This document shows positions 28,212-37,901 of a stretch of 64,000 nucleotides of DNA, piece after piece. The notes below the pieces were generated by a model. It worked only from the letters and a program-made list of their open reading frames with translations. It did no database searches and was not told where the DNA came from. Position numbers and translations under genes: made by a program. The stretch comes from an uncultured Bordetella sp. (GTDB lineage Bacteria; Pseudomonadota; Alphaproteobacteria; Micropepsales; Micropepsaceae): assembly GCA_964494505.1 (NCBI GenBank), contig CAZBRO010000015.1, positions 27,876-91,875 on the forward strand, written 5' to 3'. Position 1 is the stretch's first letter; each line of letters begins with the position of its first letter.

Positions 28212-30578
28212 ATGCTTGCGAAAGCGCTCTCTCTTCATCAAGAAGGCAAGCTTGATGAAGCGTCGGCCCTTTACCGCAAGATCCTGGCTCTCAACCCGAG
28301 AAATGCCGATGCCCTCCATCTGCTCGGCGTGATCGAACTCCAAAGAAAGAACCCATCAGCAGCCATCGAATTGATAGACCGAGCGATCGAGATCGACCCA
28401 AACAACGCAGTGTTTTTCTCTAACCGCGGCCTCGCTTTCGAAGGCCTGAAGCGTTTCCATGATGCACTCGCCAGCTACGGTCGTGCGCTGACGATCCAGC
28501 CCGGCTACGCCGACGCGCTCAATAACCGCGGCAATGCACTTCGAGCCCTGAACCGCTTCGATGACGCATTGGCGAGCTATGCTCGCGCATTGGCTGTCAA
28601 GCCCGACTACGCTGACGCTCTGAACAATCGGGGTGCGACGCTGAGCGATCTGAAGCGTTTCAGTCAAGCACTCGCCAGCTACGATCGTGCACTGGCGATC
28701 AAGCCCGACTATGCCGATGCGCTCAATAACCGAGGTGCAGCGCTAAGCCGCCTGCACCGCTTCGATGACGCCATCGACAGCTACGATCGCGCTTTGGCGA
28801 TCAGGCCTGACTATGCGGAAGCACTCAATAACCGCGGCAACGCGTTGAGCGAACTCAAGCGCTTCGACGACGCGATCGACAGCTATGATCGTGCCTTGGT
28901 AATCAGACCCGACTATGCCGAGGCGCTCTATAACCGGGGTGCAGCGCTGAACGACCTGAGGCGTCTTGAAGACGCACTGGTAAGCTACGATCTCGCCTTA
29001 GTCTGCAAACCCGACTATGCCGAAGCGCTCAATAGCCGGGGCGTCGCACTGAGCGGTCTGAAGCGCTTCGATCAAGCGCTTGCAAGCTATGACCGTGCTC
29101 TGGCGATCAAGCCAGATTATGCGGAAGCGCACTATAATCGTGGCAACGTCCTCAGCGATTTGAAGCACTTTGACGAGGCACTTGCCAGCTATGATCGCGC
29201 GCTGGCGATTGAGCCCAACTATGCGTTCCTTATTGGAATGCGGCTACATTGCAAGATGAGGATTTGCGATTGGCGTGCAATCGCCGAAGATACCTTTCTG
29301 CTTTCCGAACGGATTGAGTCGGGCGAAAAGGCGTCACTGCCATCCTCAGTCCTCGCCACGCCGTTGCCGGCAGCACTCCAGAAGAGATGTGCAGAGATCT
29401 TTATACGGGAAGAACATCCGCGAAGTTCCGTTCTACCAGACTTCAAAGCCCCGTACGCGCATGAGCGAATCCGGTTAGGCTATTTTTCGGCGGATTTTCA
29501 CAGCCATGCCACCGCCTATCTGACCGCCGGTTTATTTGAGCATCACGACAGAACCCAGTTTGAATTGATTGCCTTTTCGTTTGGTCCAGCGCAAGAAGAT
29601 GCGATGAGAACAAGGTTAAAGACCTCGTTCGCCCGATTTCTGGAGGTGAACACTCTTTCGGATAAGGACATCGCCTCGCTCGCCCGCAGCCTTGAAGTTG
29701 ACATAGCCATCGACCTTAAAGGATTTACGCAGGACAGCCGGACAGGCGTGTTCGCGATGAGACCGGCGCCGGTTCAGGTCAGCTATCTCGGATACCCCGG
29801 AACGATGGGGGCGGATTACATCGACTACCTGATCGCAGATGCAACTCTTATTCCAGAGGAACATCAAAAACACTATGCTGAAAAAATTGTCTACCTTCCT
29901 GACACATATCAAGTCAATGACTCAAAGCGCCTGATTGCCAACAGGCACTTTACCAGGACCGAATGTGGCTTGCCTGAAGATGGCTTTGTCTTTTGCTGTT
30001 TCAATAACAACTATAAGATTACCGGCGATATATTCGATGTATGGATGCGCCTATTGACTGCGGTCGATGGGAGCGTCCTATGGTTATTTGAAGATAATGC
30101 TTTTGCCATTAGGAATTTGAGAGCGGAAGCGCAGGCTCGCGGCATCGCACCTGAACGGCTTGTGTTTGCCAAGCGGATGGACTTGCCGGAGCATTTGTCT
30201 CGCCATCGATTGGCGGATTTGTTCTTGGACACTCTTCCCTACAACGCACATACCACTGCCAGCGACGCGCTCTGGGCTGGGTTGCCGGTCCTGACGTGTG
30301 TGGGCAAGACATTTCCAGGCAGGGTTGCGGCAAGCCTGCTCAATGCGGTCGGCCTGCCGGAGTTGATAACGCGAGACCTGGATGCGTACGAATGCTTAGC
30401 ACGCGACCTCGCCACGGATCCGAGTAAATTGCGGTCGATAAGGGACAAATTGGCGGCCAATCGTCTTACCCATCCATTATTCGACACAGCGCGCTTCGCC
30501 AGACATATTGAATCGGCCTATGCGTCGATGTGGACACGTCAACAGGCCGGGCTCACACCTCAGCGCATTTATGTTTAA
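28212..30578 (+). CDS. TPR-repeat protein fused to a GT41 (O-GlcNAc transferase / SPINDLY-like) glycosyltransferase domain
   Basis: No signal peptide. There are about 10 TPRs, then GYFSADFHSHAT, LPDTYQVND, FCCFNNNYKI and LDTLPYNAHTTASDALWAGLPVLTC. These match the eukaryotic OGT block ...CNGHTTGMDVLWAGTPMVT. The start was chosen at ATG 28212. Confidence 0.9.
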   Translation: MLAKALSLHQEGKLDEASALYRKILALNPRNADALHLLGVIELQRKNPSAAIELIDRAIEIDPNNAVFFSNRGLAFEGLKRFHDALASYGRALTIQPGYADALNNRGNALRALNRFDDALASYARALAVKPDYADALNNRGATLSDLKRFSQALASYDRALAIKPDYADALNNRGAALSRLHRFDDAIDSYDRALAIRPDYAEALNNRGNALSELKRFDDAIDSYDRALVIRPDYAEALYNRGAALNDLRRLEDALVSYDLALVCKPDYAEALNSRGVALSGLKRFDQALASYDRALAIKPDYAEAHYNRGNVLSDLKHFDEALASYDRALAIEPNYAFLIGMRLHCKMRICDWRAIAEDTFLLSERIESGEKASLPSSVLATPLPAALQKRCAEIFIREEHPRSSVLPDFKAPYAHERIRLGYFSADFHSHATAYLTAGLFEHHDRTQFELIAFSFGPAQEDAMRTRLKTSFARFLEVNTLSDKDIASLARSLEVDIAIDLKGFTQDSRTGVFAMRPAPVQVSYLGYPGTMGADYIDYLIADATLIPEEHQKHYAEKIVYLPDTYQVNDSKRLIANRHFTRTECGLPEDGFVFCCFNNNYKITGDIFDVWMRLLTAVDGSVLWLFEDNAFAIRNLRAEAQARGIAPERLVFAKRMDLPEHLSRHRLADLFLDTLPYNAHTTASDALWAGLPVLTCVGKTFPGRVAASLLNAVGLPELITRDLDAYECLARDLATDPSKLRSIRDKLAANRLTHPLFDTARFARHIESAYASMWTRQQAGLTPQRIYV
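28452..29230 (+). repeat. about 7.6 tandem copies of a 102-bp unit (homogenised 34-aa TPRs) inside the GT41 gene
   Basis: Successive 34-aa units read RF(D/H/S)(D/Q)A(L/I)(A/D)SY(D/A/G)RALA(I/V)(K/R)PDYA(D/E)ALNNRG.ALS.L(K/N/H). The period is exactly 102 bp starting at cgt 28452. Confidence 0.85.
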
Positions 30579-30714
30579 CTCTGTTTCGGCCGGCACTCTG
30601 GGCCAGGCCGGATAACCCCGTGAAGATTAACTATCTTTCGAGAAGTCCCTCGATAGCGCGGGCGAATTCGCTAGGACTGCCGCTCGAAAATGGAGCCGTT
30701 GCGAGGACAGCCTA

Positions 30715-31449
30715 GTGAAAAGTAATGTCATCAAACCAATTCTTGTTGCAAGCGCCCTGGGTTTAGGAATTTTTGGCTTCACGATCGACGCACGCGCAAC
30801 GCTTCTTGTCAGCGCATCGGTCGGCGGCGCTCCGAATGGCGCCAATTATGTTAATTTCGACAACCTGCCTCTCGGCAATGGGGCGGGCGTTAGCGGTGGC
30901 GTGGGAGTGACCTTTACCTCAGGGGACGCCGCTGCCGTCGCAGGGGCATTGGTGAACCGATATGCAGCGCCATACCTGTCCAACGGAAATGGCGCGTCCT
31001 TCGGTGATTTCAGCAACGGTCCCGACACCACAAACTATTTGTCCACCGGGATAGGCTCGGTCACTCTGACCTTCTCCACGGATCATCATTATCTGGGCCT
31101 TCTCTGGGGATCCGTCGATGGTTATAACACGCTGAGCTTTTACGACGGCGCAAATTTGGTAGGATTGATTACCGGCGCCGATGTGTGGGCGAGCGCCAAT
31201 GGCGATCAAGGCGTCAACGGCAGCTACTACGCAAATATCACATCAGACATTCCGTTCGATTCCGTCGTCGCCTCAAGCAGCAACTATGCATTTGAGTTCG
31301 ACAATGTGGCATATGTTTCGGAAGCCGGAACAAATGGCGCTAATCCTCCGGCAAATGTACCAGAACCTTCTGCGCTTGCGCTTTTCTGCACCGCAGTTCT
31401 TGGCTTTGTGGGACTCGGGCGAACTCGCCGCCGCCGTGCACGGGCATAA
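30715..31449 (+). CDS. PEP-CTERM sorting-signal surface protein
   Basis: GTG start and an N-terminal signal peptide. The C-terminus NVPEPSALALFCTAVLGFVGLGRTRRRRARA is VPEP + TM helix + Arg cluster, which is the exosortase recognition tag. The body contains YLGLLWGSVDGYNTLSFY. Confidence 0.85.
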   Translation: MKSNVIKPILVASALGLGIFGFTIDARATLLVSASVGGAPNGANYVNFDNLPLGNGAGVSGGVGVTFTSGDAAAVAGALVNRYAAPYLSNGNGASFGDFSNGPDTTNYLSTGIGSVTLTFSTDHHYLGLLWGSVDGYNTLSFYDGANLVGLITGADVWASANGDQGVNGSYYANITSDIPFDSVVASSSNYAFEFDNVAYVSEAGTNGANPPANVPEPSALALFCTAVLGFVGLGRTRRRRARA

Positions 31450-31723
31450 TCCAAAGCGGCCATTTCAATCTTACATTCGAGTGCAGTCCGACGTAACACG
31501 TTGATGCCCATGCTTGCCTTCATGCCGCCGGCGAGCGGTGGCCATCCGAGCTTTCGAGACTCTTACACCGAAGTGTGGTGACCAACTGACTCGATGCACG
31601 TAAATTCACACCCGGGCCTCAGCGGTTCATCTCGACGGCTAAGGATTAATGCCCCCCGGCTTGTCCTCCACCGAGCCGCTGGGGCCCACAACGCTAATCT
31701 TTTTGCGACCGCAAGGGGCTTGC

Positions 31724-32155
31724 ATGCGTCGCTGCATGATGCTGGCTGCCTGCGCCGTGTTCTTGAGCGGCTGCACCGTGGATTACCCGATCCTGGTCGA
31801 GAACGATATGGGCCTGCTGATGCGCGGGCGCGGGGAGCTGTATCCCACGGGCGGTAGCTTCAGCATCATGGACCAGAGTCTGACCTGCAGCGGTAGCTAT
31901 GAATCCTATAACACCGAATGGACCTTCGTGATCCCGACGACTTGCAGCGACGGTCGCACAGGCACCGTCTTGGCGACCCGTGACAGCGGTCTTAGCGGAC
32001 GCGGAACAATGACCCTGAACGATGGCACGACGGTGAGGTTCTTCTATGGCGCGGCAGCGGCCTACCATGAGTATCTTCGCGGGTTGCCGCCATCCGTCCC
32101 CGAACGTCAGGGTGCAATGTTTCCAGTGGAATTGCCGTCTCCCGAAGAGATGTGA
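31724..32155 (+). CDS. small lipoprotein (hypothetical)
   Basis: ATG 31724 gives MRRCMMLAACAVFLSGC, with lipobox LSGC. 143 aa. Confidence 0.6.
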   Translation: MRRCMMLAACAVFLSGCTVDYPILVENDMGLLMRGRGELYPTGGSFSIMDQSLTCSGSYESYNTEWTFVIPTTCSDGRTGTVLATRDSGLSGRGTMTLNDGTTVRFFYGAAAAYHEYLRGLPPSVPERQGAMFPVELPSPEEM

Positions 32156-32225
32156 TCCATTGACTTGCCCCCGTTGCCGGCGGCTACTTACACGCGCCAC
32201 ACATAATTGATTCCGCAAACCCTGC

Positions 32226-33152
32226 TCAGAAATCTGCCTTGTCCGCAGTAGGGACGAACGCATCGTTCCTTCCAGCGAAGAAATCAAACGGGTTCTCGGA
32301 GCAAACGTTTTCCTCCCATGCCATTGCCGGGCGCTCGTATGTGATCGCCCCAGACCAGGGCATCGTGAAGACGCCTTCATCCTCCACGGTAAAAACAACT
32401 TGGAGGCGTTTGCCCCGATACGAAAGGTCGGAAGCGGTATCGGGAACGCGGGCATTTTCTTTCAGATTGCGCGCCACCGCTGCCTGGGCCTCATCGTATT
32501 CGACCATCCGATAGCGCTCCACCACGTGGAGCGCCGAGCTGAAGGGGGTGCCGTACATATCGACCATCGCAAATGGTCTGTCGGCCTTGATCCCGACTGT
32601 GTCGATTACCAGTGTGTCACCTTCGTAATGACCGACCGAATCTCCGTACCAGGACGGGGCAACGCGTACCGGATGAGGCTCATTCAAGCGCACATGGCGA
32701 AATTCATGATTGCGCAGATAGAGGAAAACGATCTCCCGCGGCTGTTGCAGCATCTGCATGCCGGGCTGGAAAAAAATGTAGGGTACCCCGGAGGGCCAGC
32801 ACCGGTTGCTTGGCGTCGGAGACGTCGTACCGGACAACGCGATTTCACCGATTCTTTTCACGGTTGCCGCCGCCCCGGGCTTCAGAATGGGATTGGTGTA
32901 GTCGCCAACGAATTGACCGTTGTTTCCCGCCCCGTTCGCGCGGCGCGATCGGTTGAAGACAGGCCCTGGTCCCGATGCTGGTGGCTCGATGCCGGGAAAG
33001 TATGGATGGACCCACATGCCGGAAAAATCAGGTATGGAGACGGCTCCTTCCGCATGGCCCGCCGCAAGGGACACCATTGGACCGAGGGCGATCACCGCCA
33101 CCGCGGTCCCCAATGCCGCCAAGAGAACGAGGCTCCGGCGCAGCCGGTTCAT
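32226..33152 (-). CDS. secreted PDF-tail family protein P4
   Basis: Signal peptide, then AVSIPDFSGMW. Core: NRCWPSGVPY, SWYGDSVGHYEGDTLVIDTVG, LHVVERY, NVCSEN. The terminal residues are FVPTADKADF. Confidence 0.85.
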   Translation of the reverse strand: MNRLRRSLVLLAALGTAVAVIALGPMVSLAAGHAEGAVSIPDFSGMWVHPYFPGIEPPASGPGPVFNRSRRANGAGNNGQFVGDYTNPILKPGAAATVKRIGEIALSGTTSPTPSNRCWPSGVPYIFFQPGMQMLQQPREIVFLYLRNHEFRHVRLNEPHPVRVAPSWYGDSVGHYEGDTLVIDTVGIKADRPFAMVDMYGTPFSSALHVVERYRMVEYDEAQAAVARNLKENARVPDTASDLSYRGKRLQVVFTVEDEGVFTMPWSGAITYERPAMAWEENVCSENPFDFFAGRNDAFVPTADKADF

Positions 33153-33812
33153 GATCGCCCCCCTATTGCTATTTGGCGCTTGCGCACACCACGCTGCCCA
33201 AAGTTCTTAGATACTGATCCATGCATCGGCAAGGAGCGCGAGATGGGGTTTGCTGCGCTGCAATATTCCAACCTCTCAGGTACCAGCACAACCGAACATG
33301 ACGCCGTTATCACTCCCCGTTCAGGCTGGCGGAACGAAACCTGCGTACTATCGGCGAATTCGGGGAATTCCACCAGATAGGAGAGGACGGGCAAATTTAC
33401 GCTCTCAGGGTAGCCATTTCAGTTTTGGTTTTGGGTCTGTGGTTCGTCGATAGGGCGCATGCCGGTATGCCCGTTGGACATTTCGCCGCTCTTAGGACGT
33501 TTGCTGGAAAGATAGGCCCTGGGACAGGATCTCGAAGCAGCCCTGCTGCTGGCTCTCGCCAGCTCCGAACCACAAATAAGGACGGTGCTGGTTCGCCGCG
33601 CCAAGTGCCGCCCAAAGATGCTTGTGCCGCTCAGGCCGGACCACGCGGCAACAGCGATGTGCCGGAGTGTTCAAGCGCAAATTCGATCAAAGCACCAAAA
33701 ACGAACGATGAAAAGCAGGTTGCCCCTACCACCCATCCGAATGTCGTACCGTGTATTTTATATCCGGGCCGACAGTGCCTATAATCGCCAAAGTCAATAT
33801 TCTGGATGAAAG

Positions 33813-34139
33813 ATGGTCCCGCGTCCGACTAAAGCGGCCTTGTTCATAATTCAACTCGCGACCGCGCTTTCTCTTTTCTTCCTTGATATCTACCTGGGCC
33901 CCGGCATTGCCGACGGGATCGGGTATTCGATTGTCATTGTGTTGTGCTTGGGAAGACCAAATCGGGTTTATTCGCTGGGGTGGGCAGGGTTCACGACAAT
34001 TCTTGTTGTCGCCGGCGGAATTATTTCACCAGATCGCAGTTTTCTTCACGTCGATCTCACCAATCGAGTCCTTGAGATATTCACAATTTGGGTTGTCTGG
34101 TTCGTCATATCAGAGGTTTGGCCAAAGACGCTGAATTGA
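33813..34139 (+). CDS. small integral membrane protein (hypothetical orphan)
   Basis: 108 aa with three or four hydrophobic helices. The DNA is visibly AT-richer than its neighbours. No RBS or motif was recognised. Confidence 0.4.
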   Translation: MVPRPTKAALFIIQLATALSLFFLDIYLGPGIADGIGYSIVIVLCLGRPNRVYSLGWAGFTTILVVAGGIISPDRSFLHVDLTNRVLEIFTIWVVWFVISEVWPKTLN

Positions 34140-34193
34140 AGCGTTGTAGCCCTCCCCGACAGATTTCCCGGGTTGGCCGACAGGGGCATACGT

Positions 34194-35303
34194 CTATTTC
34201 GTCTTCACATATTTGCGCAGATTGTGCGCCGCGACATCAGCGGAATAGATCGCGCCTTCGTCGTCTGCGGCAATGCCTGATGAGGTTGTGCCGCGGGTCA
34301 AGCTGTTCGGGTCTGCGGGATCAGGAATGAATGCCTTAAGCGAACCGTCCAAGGCATTGCCGACGACGATACCCCTGATCTCGCCTCTTTTGGCCGCCGG
34401 ATCGGGAAATCCAGAGCCCACATAGATTGTGTCGTCCTTGCCCACAAACACGGAACTTGGCTCGCCAAACTGCTTCCACACGGCCAGTAATTTACCGTCC
34501 AAATCGAAGACCTGGATCCGCTGATTGCGGCGGTCGGCAACATAAAGACGATTCTGCGTGCCCCCAATGAAGATGTCGTGCGGTTCGTCGAAATCGCCCG
34601 GTGCGGAGCCTCGCTTGCCCCAGCTTTTGATGAATTTTCCTTCCTTGGAAAATTTCAGCACCCGGCCATTGTTGTGTGCGTTGGGCAGATGGCCGTCCGT
34701 GACGAAGATATCGCCATTGGGTGCAATAGCGACGCCGGTCGGCCGATCGAACGTATCCGGGCCGCTGCCTGACACACCTTCCTTGCCAAGCGTCATCAGC
34801 ACTTTGCCGTCTGGCGAAAGTTTCAACACCTCCTGGCCCATGACGACACCAGCCGCGTTCCTGGCGGACATTCCGAGCACCGTCTCGGCGTCATTGACGT
34901 CCGTCACCCAAAGATTTCCGCCCTGATCCACGGTGAAGCCATGAGGGTAGGCGAACAGACCGGCGCCAAAGCTCTTCAGCAGTCTGCCGGCGTGATCGAA
35001 TTCCAGAATCGGCGGATTGGCGGGCCCGCGATTGATACAAACCGCACTGCCCGGAGGCACCGTATTGAAACAACGATGAAACACCCAAACATTGCCGTTT
35101 GGGACGACATGAACGCGGATGACTTCACCCCAATGGCCACCATTCATACTTTGCGGCAGCGTGGGCCACGTGGGATCGAGCCGGTAAGGATTGGGCAGGT
35201 CGCGAGGATTGGGATATTGCGTCTGCGCTACCGCGGCGAACGCAAAAATAGTGGCGGCGCCGCCAGCCAAAAGATGTGCCATAGCTTTTCTCGCGCGCGA
35301 CAT
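34194..35303 (-). CDS. secreted NHL-repeat beta-propeller protein, second copy
   Basis: ATG 35303 with a GGAGGA RBS gives MSRARKAMAHLLAGGAATIFAFAAVAQ. Blades: GNLWVTDV, GDIFVTDGH, NRLYVADRRNQRIQVFD, TIYVGSG. It is collinear with 1333..2433. Confidence 0.85.
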   Translation of the reverse strand: MSRARKAMAHLLAGGAATIFAFAAVAQTQYPNPRDLPNPYRLDPTWPTLPQSMNGGHWGEVIRVHVVPNGNVWVFHRCFNTVPPGSAVCINRGPANPPILEFDHAGRLLKSFGAGLFAYPHGFTVDQGGNLWVTDVNDAETVLGMSARNAAGVVMGQEVLKLSPDGKVLMTLGKEGVSGSGPDTFDRPTGVAIAPNGDIFVTDGHLPNAHNNGRVLKFSKEGKFIKSWGKRGSAPGDFDEPHDIFIGGTQNRLYVADRRNQRIQVFDLDGKLLAVWKQFGEPSSVFVGKDDTIYVGSGFPDPAAKRGEIRGIVVGNALDGSLKAFIPDPADPNSLTRGTTSSGIAADDEGAIYSADVAAHNLRKYVKTK

Positions 35304-35614
35304 TCTATTCCTCCCCAGTTTCCGTTCCACAAGCTTAATCGAAAAACTAGCTTATCGGCGCGTTTGATATCAAATCTTGCATGCAATTGGGATTATCCTC
35401 CGGGCTTCGCCTGCCCTGGGACCCGCGGTCCGGTGGTTGTCGATTTGGGAGCGTGTGTGATAATCAAACGATTCTATCGCGCGCGAAACCAACACGCGTA
35501 GTTGCCGTCTTTGCCGGCACGTGACCGAAAGCGAGGCAACAGTTTTGGGGCCGTTCAGATGTGTCCAAGTGCAATCCGCCACGGAGCGCGGCGCCGCGCT
35601 TGAGATATCCGTCC

Positions 35615-37900
35615 ATGCACGACCGATTTGATGCCGCGCTGGCTGCCCAGAAGGCGGGCAATCTCGCCGAAGCGATGCAGATTTGCCGGGACATCCTCAA
35701 AGCCGACGCAAGGAATTTCAAGGCGCTCTATCTGCTCGGTTATGTCCATGCACAGTCCGGCGAGATCGCCGAAGCGGAGCGCCTTATTGCGCAAGCGATA
35801 GGCGTCAATCCGCGCTCGCCGGATGCCCTGTACAATCGCGGCTGTCTGCTCCAGAAGCTGGATCGGCTCCAAGACGCGATTGTTTGCTTTGACAGCGCTA
35901 TCGCACTCAACCCCTATTATATCGACGCCCTGATCAATCGCGGCGTCACCCTGGCAGCGCTTAAGCGATACGGCGAAGCGGCCTCCGCTTTGGACCGAGC
36001 GTTGCGCATTCGGCCCGGCGATGCCGCGGTATGGATAGAGCGCGGAAATGCTCTCACCGGAGCGCGGCGGTATTCGGAGGCGCTTTCCAGCTATGACAAG
36101 GCGCTTGAGGTCAGGCCGAATTATGTGGAAGCCTGGGAAAATCGGGGGCGCGCTCTGATGCTGCTGGAGCGCCACTCCGAGGCGTTGACGGATTTCGACA
36201 AAGTGTTAGCGGCGGATCCGCGGAGCGTGGCCGCGTGGACCGGCCGCGGCAATGCACTTGGCGAACTTCGCCGCGACGGGGAAGCGCTCGCCGCATTCGG
36301 CCGCGCACTAAGGGGCAGGCCGGACAGCGTCGGGGCGCTCCTCGGCCGCGGCTATGTGTTGCTGCGGCTCATGCGCTACGAGGAAGCGATTGCCGATTAC
36401 AATAGGGCGCTCGCCATCGCCCCCGATTCTGTCCAGGCGCTCATCAACCGCGCTGCCGGTTTATTCGAACTGAAGCGCCTTGATGAGGCGATCCGCGATT
36501 ACGAGCGGGCGCTCGCGCTCAATCCGGACATCCCCTTTGCCCGCGGCAATCTCGCTTACTACAAGCTGCACGCTTGCGATTGGCGCCATCTTGAAGAAGA
36601 GCGAAACGCCATCTCTGAAGGCCTGCGTGCGGGGAAATCCATCGTATCGCCCTTCGTCAGTGTAGCGCTTTCGCCCTCAGCCGAGGAGCAATCACGCTCC
36701 GCTCACGTATGGATCGCAGACAAGTATCCACCAGCGCCGCCTTTGTGGCGGGGCGAAATCTACCGGCACGATAGGATGCGGATTGCCTATCTGTCGGCGG
36801 ATTTCAATGCCCATGCGACGGCGCATCTCATGTCGGGTGTCTTCGAGCACCATGATCGGCAGCGCTTCGAGACCATTGCGATCTCCTATGGTCCGGACGA
36901 TGAAAGCGGGATGCGAACGCGGCTGCAGACGGCATTCGATCGCTTCATCGATGTGCGTACAAAGAGCGATTTCGAAATCGCGGCGCTCTTGCGTCAGCTC
37001 GAGGTGAATATCGCCATCGATCTTAAAGGGCTGACCAAGGATGCCCGCAGCGGAATCCTGAGCCACCGTCCGGCGCCCATACAAACCCATTATCTGGGTT
37101 ATCCGGGGACCATGGGGGCGCCCTTTATGGACTATATCATCGCCGACGGGATCGTGATCCCGGAGGATCAGCGGCGATTCTACACCGAGCAGGTGGTCTA
37201 TCTTCCCGATACGTATCAATGCAACGACGGAGCGCGGGACGATACGGGGCCGGCAAAAGCCCGGGCCGAATACGGATTGCCCGAAACAGGCTTCGTCTTT
37301 TGCTGCTTCAACAACAATTTCAAGATTCTCCCCGACCTGTTCAAAATCTGGATGCGCCTTCTCGCCCGGGTCGATGGCGCGGTCCTGTGGCTCATGGCCG
37401 ACAACGCCAACGCAGCCCGCAATCTCGCTCAGGCCGCGAGCGAACACGGCATCGCGCCGGATCGATTGATTTTCGCGCCGCGCATAGGCGTGGCCGATCA
37501 TTTGGCGCGGCACCGCGCGGCCGATCTCTTTCTCGATACACTTCCCTATGGCGCCCACACCACGGCAAGCGACGCGTTATGGGCGGGACTTCCCGTCATT
37601 ACGTGCCTCGGTTCCACGTTCGCGGGCCGTGTGGGCGCAAGCCTGTTGTCGGCCATCGGCTTGCCGGAATTGGTCGCCCGGTCGCTCGAGGAATACGAAG
37701 CCCTAGTGCTGAAGCTTGTCCGCGATCCGGCAGCGCTTGCAGCGATCAAGGAGAAGCTGGCGCGCAACCGCGACACGCACGCGCTCTTCGATACATCCCG
37801 GTTCACGCGCAATCTCGAAGCCGCGCTGATCACGATGTGGGAGCGTCATCGGCGGGGTGAACCGCGGCAAGGCTTTACCGCCGCGTCCTCGCGCGAGTGA
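35615..37900 (+). CDS. TPR-repeat protein fused to a GT41 (OGT/SPINDLY-like) glycosyltransferase domain, second copy
   Basis: Start at ATG 35615. TPR array, then AYLSADFNAHAT, LPDTYQCND, FCCFNNNFKI and LDTLPYGAHTTASDALWAGLPVITC. It is a paralog of 28212..30578. Confidence 0.9.
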   Translation: MHDRFDAALAAQKAGNLAEAMQICRDILKADARNFKALYLLGYVHAQSGEIAEAERLIAQAIGVNPRSPDALYNRGCLLQKLDRLQDAIVCFDSAIALNPYYIDALINRGVTLAALKRYGEAASALDRALRIRPGDAAVWIERGNALTGARRYSEALSSYDKALEVRPNYVEAWENRGRALMLLERHSEALTDFDKVLAADPRSVAAWTGRGNALGELRRDGEALAAFGRALRGRPDSVGALLGRGYVLLRLMRYEEAIADYNRALAIAPDSVQALINRAAGLFELKRLDEAIRDYERALALNPDIPFARGNLAYYKLHACDWRHLEEERNAISEGLRAGKSIVSPFVSVALSPSAEEQSRSAHVWIADKYPPAPPLWRGEIYRHDRMRIAYLSADFNAHATAHLMSGVFEHHDRQRFETIAISYGPDDESGMRTRLQTAFDRFIDVRTKSDFEIAALLRQLEVNIAIDLKGLTKDARSGILSHRPAPIQTHYLGYPGTMGAPFMDYIIADGIVIPEDQRRFYTEQVVYLPDTYQCNDGARDDTGPAKARAEYGLPETGFVFCCFNNNFKILPDLFKIWMRLLARVDGAVLWLMADNANAARNLAQAASEHGIAPDRLIFAPRIGVADHLARHRAADLFLDTLPYGAHTTASDALWAGLPVITCLGSTFAGRVGASLLSAIGLPELVARSLEEYEALVLKLVRDPAALAAIKEKLARNRDTHALFDTSRFTRNLEAALITMWERHRRGEPRQGFTAASSRE

Positions 37901-37901
37901 C

